Below, piece by piece: positions 13,071-23,562 of a stretch of DNA of 64,000 bases; within the stretch, counting starts at the first letter, position 1; each line of letters opens with the position of its first letter. The position numbers and the translations under genes were made by a program. The stretch comes from Octopus bimaculoides (Eukaryota), in contig NC_068994.1 of assembly GCF_001194135.2 (NCBI RefSeq), positions 3,272,525 to 3,336,524 of the forward strand, written 5' to 3'. The notes beneath the pieces were generated by a model. The model was not told the DNA's origin, did no database searches, and was given only the letters and a program-made list of their open reading frames with translations.

Positions 13071-14626
13071 GTTACAAAGACAATAACCGACTGGAGGGAA
13101 GAAAGATAGAGCGGGAGGGAGAGATAGATGGAACATATTTCGCTCTTTCACAATTGGACATACCACTTTCGAGATATTTACGCACATCCACATATACATA
13201 CACATTCTACCTCTCTCTATATATATATATATATGTGTATACATCCATATATTACAATCACATGTGTGCGTATATGTATATCATATATATATATATATGT
13301 GTGTGTTGTGTTTGTACTATTAGCACATACACTAATTACACACGTACATCAATACGCGCACTTCTAATTAACGTTTAATCACCATCTATCTCACATCTCC
13401 CTCTCTTCTGTCTCTCTCTATGTATTTATATATCTATCTTTCTATATATTTATGTATGTATACCTCTCCTATATATATGTATATATATATANNNNNNNNN
13501 NNNNNNNNNNNNNNNNNNNNNNNNNNNNNNNNNNNNNNNNNNNNNNNNNNNNNNNNNNNNNNNNNNNNNNNNNNNNNNNNNNNNNNNNNNNNNNNNNNNN
13601 NNNNNNNNNNNNNNNNNNNNNNNNNNNNNNNNNNNNNNNNNNNNNNNNNNNNNNNNNNNNNNNNNNNNNNNNNNNNNNNNNNNNNNNNNNNNNNNNNNNN
13701 NNNNNNNNNNNNNNNNNNNNNNNNNNNNNNNNNNNNNNNNNNNNNNNNNNNNNNNNNNNNNNNNNNNNNNNNNNNNNNNNNNNNNNNNNNNNNNNNNNNN
13801 NNNNNNNNNNNNNNNNNNNNNNNNNNNNNNNNNNNNNNNNNNNNNNNNNNNNNNNNNNNNNNNNNNNNNNNNNNNNNNNNNNNNNNNNNNNNNNNNNNNN
13901 NNNNNNNNNNNNNNNNNNNNNNNNNNNNNNNNNNNNNNNNNNNNNNNNNNNNNNNNNNNNNNNNACATCTCTTTAAAAATATATCTTATAATGTATGTTG
14001 GCTGGGAGGGAACAAGATAAAAAAATGTAATTTTTTTTTTTAACATACATAAATTGAATTTACGATTATCAGTACCCCAAAATAACGTGAAATTTTAGTA
14101 AATTTTTTTGCCTGATCGACCGAGATTTGAATATTAAAAAAAAAAAAAACTGGGATACTAACTGAATTGGTGTGACTGTTTGAGAAGGAGGGACAGGCTG
14201 TTGTAAAAAAGGAAATGGTGTGTTTTTCAGGGGTTTTTTTTTTTGTTTTTCAGTTGATTCAGTAGTTGCTCTCTGTAGCTGGGATGTGTATTTATATATC
14301 TATCAATGAGTATATACACACCTGCATGTGTTTTTATACATGTGTGTGTATGAATGGCTTTTTTTTTTACTGTATTCTGTATATGTTTATGTATTGTATG
14401 TATTATATAAACAGGTTTGTGATGTGTGTGTGTGTGAATATATATACATACACACACACACAAAGGGTTGGTGCACTGTTTTTTGTACGTTTGTCATATG
14501 TATGGGTGCGTCATGTGCACGTATACATGTATGAACCACTTAGTGAAGCACTCTTACTCAACCATACACACCTGTGTATTATACATACATATCACACATA
14601 CACACGCATGTGTGTATAAGAGTTCA

Positions 14627-14687
<61 letters not shown>

Positions 14688-16625
14688 CAGGTATCACATT
14701 TACATGATGCTGACACCTTAGTACATTATACATGCACACATCTCTGTATAGACATAGATGCACACCTATATCCACCTACTTACCAACATGTGTAGCCATA
14801 CAAATGCAGTGCATAGATCTGAACACACAATACATGCACACATCTATCTATCTATCTATATACATACATACATACATATACATACATACATATATATGTG
14901 GATGGGTGTACTTATTCTGTTATATATTTGTATGATTATAGTCAGGTGTGATTGTATAGATATGTAGCTATATGTGTCTATACATGTATCAATATATATA
15001 TACACACACACACACATCAACACAACTTTGTATTTATATGCATAAATATNNNNNNNNNNNNNNNNNNNNNNNNNNNNNNNNNNNNNNNNNNNNNNNNNNN
15101 NNNNNNNNNNNNNNNNNNNNNNNNNNNNNNNNNNNNNNNNNNNNNNNNNNNNNNNNNNNNNNNNNNNNNNNNNNNNNNNNNNNNNNNNNNNNNNNNNNNN
15201 NNNNNNNNNNNNNNNNNNNNNNNNNNNNNNNNNNNNNNNNNNNNNNNNNNNNNNNNNNNNNNNNNNNNNNNNNNNNNNNNNNNNNNNNNNNNNNNNNNNN
15301 NNNNNNNNNNNNNNNNNNNNNNNNNNNNNNNNNNNNNNNNNNNNNNNNNNNNNNNNNNNNNNNTATATACACACACACACACATCAACACAACTTTGTAT
15401 TTATATGCATAAATATATATATTCATTCATAAATACACCAGTGTATGTATATATCTTTGTAGATTTATATACAGGTGTTTTAGCAGTATGTATGTATTGT
15501 TACAAACCAAAATATATCTGTTATACACACCTGCATACATACAGGTTGAAGTGTGAGCTGGTTAGTAGCAATGGTTGGCTTTATCTTCCTTGGTGCATTC
15601 TTTCCTAAAAAATATTTCAAAAGCTGTGATGGATGTAAAAAGTATGTGTGTGATACATTCTACATAGAGTGAGATGGAGAGAGACAGGGTTGGCTGCCTT
15701 TGGCTGATAGAATTATCGATAAGAATCTCAGATAGAGTGAGAAGAGAAGTAAAAATGAAAAGAAAAAAAAAACAGTTTGAGAGAAAAGATAAATCAACAA
15801 AATCCTGAATGACAGTTGAGAAAATGTTATCGACCTCTTCCACTGCCTGAACTGCTTCATTTTTCTCTCAACTGACTGCCCTACTCATTTACTCCCTTCT
15901 TTTAAAACATTTCTTCTTGTTTGGTCTATTTCTTCACCTCCTAGTTCCAACCATCACCACCACCCTCAACTAATAACGTCTCTTCTTCTTCTCCACCCGC
16001 TTTCTTTCTTTCTCTTTCTTTCCTTCCTGGTCGACTGTACTACTGTTTACAATATCTAATCTAGTCAGGACACTGAACTTTTTCCCACTCTGCTAGTATA
16101 TATATATGTGTGTGTGTGTATGTATATGTATGTATATATATATATACACACACACATANNNNNNNNNNNNNNNNNNNNNNNNNNNNNNNNNNNNNNNNNN
16201 NNNNNNNNNNNNNNNNNNNNNNNNNNNNNNNNNNNNNNNNNNNNNNNNNNNNNNNNNNNNNNNNNNNNNNNNNNNNNNNNNNNNNNNNNNNNNNNNNNNN
16301 NNNNNNNNNNNNNNNNNNNNNNNNNNNNNNNNNNNNNNNNNGGACACTGAACTTTTTCCCACTCTGCTAGTATATATATATGTGTGTGTGTGTATGTATA
16401 TGTATGTATATATATATATACACACACACATAGATAACAGTAAGTGTGATGATTACGTATTATGTGAGGTGGTGGTGGTGGTGGTTGAGATGGCATTAAA
16501 ATGTATGGATGAATGCAATGTGTATTACGTGTTTCTGTAGGGTAATTGCAAAGTTATATTCTGTGTATGTGTCCTGTCGGCTGTTACGGTGTAATAGTGT
16601 ACATTAATACACACACACACACACA

Positions 16626-16669
<44 letters not shown>

Positions 16670-17321
16670 ATGTATGTATGTGTGTGTGTGTGTATATGTA
16701 TATAGCTGCCGGTTAATATGAAGTATTACTCAAAATTGTACGTGGTAGTTTTTTTGTAGTTTTAATTAAATCACCTTAATTAAGCTGTAAAGAACTCGCG
16801 AACTTCTCTCTCTCTCTCTCTCTCACTCACAGTTTAGAAGATGGTGCTGGAAGTGATTTAAATTACTGTTCTGGCAACTTAAGCAGGCAATTTCGTTTTC
16901 AAAATTCTTTCACCATCTACACATGTCGTAAAAGCTTCAGATTTCAAACTCTGAAGCTGTTTTCTAATCTTCTTTGACGTCAGTGCACACACTTACTGGC
17001 GCTTCTCTTTCACAGAGCATTTCTCATCTTCGTACATAACATGTTGTGTACACACACACACACACACATAATGGTGCCCCGTGTGAGTGGATGTGTAAAC
17101 AGATGTAGAGGTGTGTGTGTGTATAAATGTACATACATACATGTGTGGGTGTGAGACGAGGGACAGAAATTGTTGTAAAGGGTGTTAAATATATATGGTT
17201 GGCATTATATATATGTGTGTGAGAGAGAGAAAAACAGGTAGTGACGGTGATTGCTAGATATGTGCATCGGTGACTCACCACCACCTGTCCAGTTACCCAC
17301 ATCTGCACATCAGTGTGTGTG

Positions 17322-17370
<49 letters not shown>

Positions 17371-17375
17371 CTCTC

Positions 17376-17406
<31 letters not shown>

Positions 17407-17699
17407 GTATGTATGTATATATATATATATATGTAGACACATGCGTGTATATATAATGTGAGAGAGAGATCCAGTAGGTTTTCCCAGCCAGTAAATTACC
17501 CACCCTCCCAGCCACCCCTGCCTTACTTTTAGTTCCTCTGTTACTTTTTTTCTTTTTCTTTTTTTAATAAAAATCAGCAGCAGTGGCACCGGAGACGGAG
17601 AGAAAGAAATAAAATAAAACCCGAGAAATTCGTCCTAATTTAGTGCAGCAATTTTGGGTTCAAGCAATAAACTTTAAAACGCCACCACCGTCACCACTG

Positions 17700-18008
17700 C
17701 CATTAACATCTCATTCAATCTGTTCCTCCGCCCCACTTTGCCTCCCCCGTTTGAAAATGGCTTCCGTGTCATATTTGTAACTCTGTTCTAAGCTACCTTA
17801 TAGAGTGGAAGGGGTAGAGGTGCAGAAGTGGGACATTTCCGAATTATGGTGCTTTGGTTTTTTGTTTCTTTCTTCAAAAAACCCTAATATAATCATTGTA
17901 TCGTGTTGAGTTTTTCACTTTTTTCCTATTACTATTTTAAAAGCCACATCAGGCTGATCTGTCTCCATTTTATAAAAGTCTTCAACTGTTCTTGTAGTAG
18001 AGGTACGT
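17700..18008 (+). promoter_or_regulatory. Candidate promoter/first exon upstream of ZF2
   Basis: GC box CCGCCCC near 17727, YY1-like AAAATGGC overlapping ETS-like CTTCCG at about 17754-17766, donor GAG|GTACGT at 18002/18003. Confidence 0.35.
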
Positions 18009-18139
18009 TTGATGTTTCAAAGTTATTGACTGGTTCTTAGAGGTTTCATCTGTGACAGTTTTCACACCTGCTACGTACATTTAAACAGCTCTCTCTTGTC
18101 TATACCTCTTCATCTTTAGTTCGGTGGTCTGTGGGTCCT

Positions 18140-18340
18140 TGTGTGTGTGTGTGTGTTCTTTTGTTTCAGTCATTTGACTACGACCATGCTGGAGCACCGT
18201 CTTTTGTCGAACAAATCGACCCCAGGACTTATTCTTTGTAAGCTTTGTACTTATTCTATCGGTCTCTTGCCGAACCGCTAAGTTACGGGGACGTAAACAC
18301 ACTAACATCGGTTGTCAAGTGATGGAGGTGGGGACCTATA
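18140..18340 (-). mobile_element. SINE family A, 3' half
   Basis: Reverse complement of the family A tail; similar minus copies at about 38140-38235 and 38340-38550. Confidence 0.8.
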
Positions 18341-20094
18341 ATCTCTTTCTTTTTTTTAATTGTTTACTTCTAATCTCTATCTGATAGAACTGGTTTTTCA
18401 CCTCTGATCTCTATCATAAATAGATGAGAAACATTTACCAATGGATAGTACGTCTCTAGCTTCTCCTGCGTACCATACTATGGTACCTACTTATGGCTAG
18501 GTGGACTGTTCTTCATTGTGGTATCTACTAACAGCTTGGCACACTTGGTGGTTGGCTGGTAGATTCATTAAAATGTCAGACAAAATACTTTGTTGTATTT
18601 ATTTTGGTTCTTTATGTTCTGTGTTCAAATCCTGTCAAGATGAAATTTGCCTTTCATCCCTCTATGTTCAATTAATACAGATCCTGGCCAAAACCTCTTG
18701 TAGTGTTTAGTTATGGCACTTTGTTTTCTGAGGTCAAGTTTGCTTTTCAGGGTCAATTAAATAAAAACTTATCAAGAACTGGGGTTAGTTAATCAAATTG
18801 ACTGCTTCTCCCTAATTTGTGGTCTTGGGCTTTTGTTAAGAGATTGATGAACTGAGTTACCAGTCATATACAGGGTCAGTTAAATCCATTGCGGCCTTCT
18901 TAGAAATCATCATTGTTTGAGCAGAAGTCAGAAATCATAGTGCCTTGTGTTGTATAGTTTTGCTCCCTTACAGTAGCTATTTGTAGCTACAAGGTTGCTG
19001 CAAACTTTTGTGTACCATAAGTTTCAAGGTCAAGTCAGAAAATGCCAGCATATTTTGTAGATAATTTCAGTCCACTACATCAGTATATTTACATTTTTTT
19101 GCAGCTGAATGCTGTACCTACATCCTTCTCTGTTTCAAAACAATTCCAATACTTGTTTCTTAAAAGCTAATAGTGCGCCATGACTTATTTTGGACCTTGT
19201 TCAGTGTGCTGGGGATAAAAAAAAATGTTGAAAATCACATCCAGTGGGATTGAGCCAAAACATAATTGTAGAGCAAATGATTCAGACATGTGGTTAGTTG
19301 AGAAAAGTATGAAAGTCACAGATTCCCATTTTACCTACCTTTAAAAATAAGTCTTTTGAGATTATTTAAAGAAGAATAGTTTAGTGCCTTGTGATGTTTA
19401 ATTTCATCCTTACATTATGAGTTGGAATCCCACTGCAGTCAAATTTATTCTTTATCATTTCATGGATTAATAAAACTAGAACTAATTAAGGTATTAACAA
19501 TGTGATTAACAATGCTACTTTATAATGAGATAGGTCCAACTTTTGTTCCACTTACATGGTATCTTGAGCATGGTACAATTATGCTGTTGGGTTAACCGAT
19601 AGCTAATGGGTGAAATTAGGTAACTGAAACTGTGGAAGGTAATTATGTGTGTGTCTGCTGACATGGCTATGTGGTTAAGAAGTCTACTTCACAAATATTT
19701 TGCAGTATTTTAGGCACATCTTTTTATGTATAGTGTGAGTTCAAATCCTGTCAAATTTAACCTGCTTTTCATCTTTCCAGAGGTTGATTTAAAATATTTA
19801 CTGAGAGGGGGTCCAGTTCTCTTCCACTCCAGGCAGTGGCCAAGTGGGGAAAATCAAGAAAACTAATGATTAATCTTTTGACTTTCATCCCTTTTGTGTG
19901 TTGGAGGTCAGAACATTGCATCCCACCTTCACAACATTGTGACAATATTTTAAATCATTATAATAGTTATTGGTTTGAATTATCATTTAACATCTGTTTT
20001 CCATTTCTGAGGACCCATGGGAGATGTGTTGTGATTAGGTAGAGTATGTGATGTGCAGATTGGTATTGTTTTTATTGTTTGATGTTAAGAGAAG

Positions 20095-20390
20095 TGACAT
20101 GGATAAGTGGCTAGGTTTATTTTGGCTTACAATAAGATCACAAGTTCGATTCCCAATGGTACATTGTGTTCTTGAGCAAGACATTCCATTTCACATTGCT
20201 CCAGTTTACTTAGCTGGCCAGAATGAGTTGTAGCTGGATTTCAAAGGGTCAGCCTTGTCACGTCCTGTTTCACACTGAATCATCCTGAGAACTATGTCAG
20301 TGGAGTGCTCAGCCACTTGCATGTTAATTTTACGGGGCAGGCTGTTCCGTTAGTTGGGTCCACTGGAGCAACTGTCACCATAACCAGCAA
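20095..20390 (+). mobile_element. SINE family D
   Basis: tRNA-like A/B boxes then gtgttcttgagcaagacatt core; relatives at 36710-37090 (-), 37650-37930 (+), 52550-52900 (+). Confidence 0.7.
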
Positions 20391-21240
20391 TGTGCCAGTA
20401 AATGATGTTATTCAGTGAGTTGGTGGTGCTAGTGGTGGAGCAGAGTGATATCTCTGTACAGTGTGTGCTTTGTGGCTTGTCATTTCTCTTCTTATTCCAA
20501 GATTGGCCCAAATTAGACACATTTATCATCAAATCTATTAACAGCCTAAATTTATTCTATGTACAACTCCATTTATACAATTTGTTTCTTTTTCAAGATG
20601 GTAGGATATGACTTGAAGTGAATTCATCTCCTGTTTCTTCTATCAGTGACCCCACAGAGGGTTCCCCCTTTGGTTTGTGGATCGTTGGATGTTGTACGTG
20701 TGATGTGCGTTATTGGTAGAATTGTTAGAATGTCAAAAAAATACCTTGTGGTATTTGTTCCAGCTCTTTACATTTTGAGTTCAAATCCTGCCTTGGACAA
20801 CTTTTTCATCCTTTTAGGATCAATAAAATAAAGCACCATTCAAATATGGGAGGCGTCAATGGAATCAACTTTTCCTTGTCCACTTAAGTTATAGGCCTTG
20901 TGCCAAAAATTTGAAACAATAATTATTATTATTGCTGGCCTTGTGCCAAAATTTGAAGCCATTATTAAGCAGAAAGGATTATTATTATCATCATCATTAT
21001 TATTATTATTATTATTAATTTGTTTCATTATATTCATTGTATTTTTTCTTCTTTTTTTTTCCAGAAAACGTGTGAAAAGAATACCAAAGGACAAGATATC
21101 AATAATTTGTGAGTTACTGCTGAGAAGTGTTTGAGGGAGGAGATTTGAAATAATCTTTCACTCCATAGAAGATCTGTGATCCAAATGGATTAGTCATCAT
21201 CTTAATGTTCTCTCCTTTATCTCTTACTTGAAGGGCTAAA

Positions 21241-23562
21241 ATGTACCCGGTACAGTCAATGTACCCAGTGGATAGACCTTTTGACTATGACATCTGTAGC
21301 CGTGGTTTCTCCCAGATTGACCACCATCACTTGAACGGCTGCAGTGACAATGGGTCGGCCCCTTCAGCACACCCCCCTACCTCAACAACACCTCAGGGCC
21401 CAATGTCACCACATTCTCAGCATTCAACTGACCACAAACAGGTGTTGCCCGACAACGGCAGTATGTGCTGGAAACCGTTTCCAGAATCTGGTAAAAATGG
21501 CGGCAACTTCAAGAACTGCCTCAATGTACCCAACGCCGATGCCATTCATTCCAATTCACATTCACTCAGCCACTCCCATCTTTTACCCCACATGAATTCC
21601 CACCCTAACCAAGGGGTGGGCCGAGGTGGAGGACGGGGTCGTGGTCGAGGTTCTGGAACCATTTCAGCGAGTACAGCAGAGAAAACCTTCAACTGCACTT
21701 TCTGTCGGAAAGCATTTGCCCAACGTGCCAATCTACACATCCATGAAAGGTCCCATACCGGAGAGAAACCATTCAAATGTAGCTATTGTCCAAAATCATT
21801 TTCTCTGAAGGCAAACATGAAGATTCATGAGAGAACCCACACTGGAGAGAAACCATTCAGTTGCAGTTTTTGCCAAAAAAGCTTCAGCCAGCGTGCCAAC
21901 CTGGATATCCATGAACGTACACACACAGGCATCAAACCGTTTCAGTGTTCGTTTTGTCCCAAGTCGTTTCCTCAGAGAGCCAACCTGAATATCCACGAAC
22001 GTACACACACTGGAGAAAAACCGTTCGTCTGTGGTATTTGCAAAAAAAGTTTTAGCCAACGAGCTAATTTGAATATTCATGAACGTGTCCACACAGGTGT
22101 TAAACCTTACAAGTGCTCTGTCTGTGACAAGGCATTTTCTCTCCGGGCTAATCTACACATCCATGAGCGCATACATACTGGAGAGAAACCGTTCTCATGT
22201 TCAGTATGTACCAAGTCGTTCAGCCAACGTGCTAACTTGGACATACATGAACGCACGCACTCTGGTGAGAAACCGTTTCAGTGTTCATACTGCCGTAAGG
22301 CATTTCCGCAGCGAGCAAATTTGGACATACACGAGCGCACTCATACAGGAGAAAAGCCATTCACATGTGCAATATGTCTGAAAGGTTTCAGCCAGCGTGC
22401 AAATTTAAACATTCACGAACGTGTACACACAGGCCTGAAGCCATATAGGTGTTCTGTGTGCGACAAATCATTCTCTCAGCGAGCTAACTTGGATATACAT
22501 GAACGCACTCATACGGGACTAAAACCTTATCAGTGTTCTTACTGTGAAAAGACATTTCCCCAGAAAGCTAACCTTACTATCCATGAGCGCACACACACTG
22601 GCGTTAAGCCGTACACGTGTGGTGTGTGCAAGAAATCATTTAGTCAGAGGTCTAACTTAAATCATCATGAATGTATTCGCATACCTGTAGTGCCACCGCC
22701 ACTCATTCAAAAACCTTACACGTGTGACATTTGTAAAAAGGGCTTTGCTCAAAGGGCCAACTTAAACAGCCATGCCTGTGCCCAAGCAGCTAGTGCTAAA
22801 GCCTTGAGCCAAAACAAACCCCTTAGCAACAACAACACAACTAACACACCCAACACTGCTAATGACAATAACAACAACAACAACAATAATGCTAATACTA
22901 ATAATAATGGTAGTAACAATAGTAATGGAGGCAGTGGTTCTAATACTCCTGATAGCACTGGGTCTGCTCCCACTAGTGGATTGTGTCAGCAAGCCCCCCT
23001 CTCTGGGAAGGGAAAGTCATCGGCCAGAGTGAACATCCATCCACCCCAGACTGCCACCTCTCCCCCTTTGCACCACTCGCACCATTCTCCATCACCCCAT
23101 CACCAGCAGCAACAGCACACGCCATCATCTTCTCCGTCACCGCACTCTCCACATCCACCTCTCCCTCATTCATCACAACACCCACACAATACCTCAGCTG
23201 ATGAGCCCCACTCACACAACAGGAGTTTCCAGCCTCCCGCCCAGTCCCCCCACCCTCCTCACTCCATCTCCCCGCACCACACATCTGCTGCAGCTGCCGC
23301 AGCCTTGCGACTGCAACCGTTGTCAATCCCTTCATCGTATACGCACCATCAGATGATGCAGTCATGGGGTGGTAACTACGGCAGCTGGCCAAGGGGTTTC
23401 CCAATGTCATCCCAGTGGGGGTCGCCCGGGTGGGGCCCTAACAACAGCCCAAACACACAGAGTGCATTTTCCTGCAATGTTGTACCAAAGCAGAGCAAAC
23501 GAGGTGCGAGTGGCAACAGTGTTGGGTCTGGAGGGGTTGACAAGCACAAACCTTCCATCTGA
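21241..23562 (+). CDS. C2H2 zinc-finger protein ZF2 (11 canonical + 2 atypical fingers; N/H/P/S-rich C-terminus), 773 aa
   Basis: Intact ORF, tandem fingers with TGEKP/TG[IVL]KP linkers at about 21688-22782; polypyrimidine acceptor ...TTACTTGAAG| 7 nt before ATG. Confidence 0.95.
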   Translation: MYPVQSMYPVDRPFDYDICSRGFSQIDHHHLNGCSDNGSAPSAHPPTSTTPQGPMSPHSQHSTDHKQVLPDNGSMCWKPFPESGKNGGNFKNCLNVPNADAIHSNSHSLSHSHLLPHMNSHPNQGVGRGGGRGRGRGSGTISASTAEKTFNCTFCRKAFAQRANLHIHERSHTGEKPFKCSYCPKSFSLKANMKIHERTHTGEKPFSCSFCQKSFSQRANLDIHERTHTGIKPFQCSFCPKSFPQRANLNIHERTHTGEKPFVCGICKKSFSQRANLNIHERVHTGVKPYKCSVCDKAFSLRANLHIHERIHTGEKPFSCSVCTKSFSQRANLDIHERTHSGEKPFQCSYCRKAFPQRANLDIHERTHTGEKPFTCAICLKGFSQRANLNIHERVHTGLKPYRCSVCDKSFSQRANLDIHERTHTGLKPYQCSYCEKTFPQKANLTIHERTHTGVKPYTCGVCKKSFSQRSNLNHHECIRIPVVPPPLIQKPYTCDICKKGFAQRANLNSHACAQAASAKALSQNKPLSNNNTTNTPNTANDNNNNNNNNANTNNNGSNNSNGGSGSNTPDSTGSAPTSGLCQQAPLSGKGKSSARVNIHPPQTATSPPLHHSHHSPSPHHQQQQHTPSSSPSPHSPHPPLPHSSQHPHNTSADEPHSHNRSFQPPAQSPHPPHSISPHHTSAAAAAALRLQPLSIPSSYTHHQMMQSWGGNYGSWPRGFPMSSQWGSPGWGPNNSPNTQSAFSCNVVPKQSKRGASGNSVGSGGVDKHKPSI

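Noticed and set aside
14996-16430. Exact duplications flanking gaps (14996-15049 vs 15364-15417; about 16068-16158 vs 16342-16431)
   Set aside because: Identical sequence on both sides of an N gap is typical of unmerged contig overlaps, so probably not real repeats
11847-17461. Many Y/I/H/T or C/V/Y/M-rich ORFs, some running through N runs (also 27184-29804 and 38479-38877)
   Set aside because: Translations of (TA)n/(CA)n microsatellites and assembly gaps
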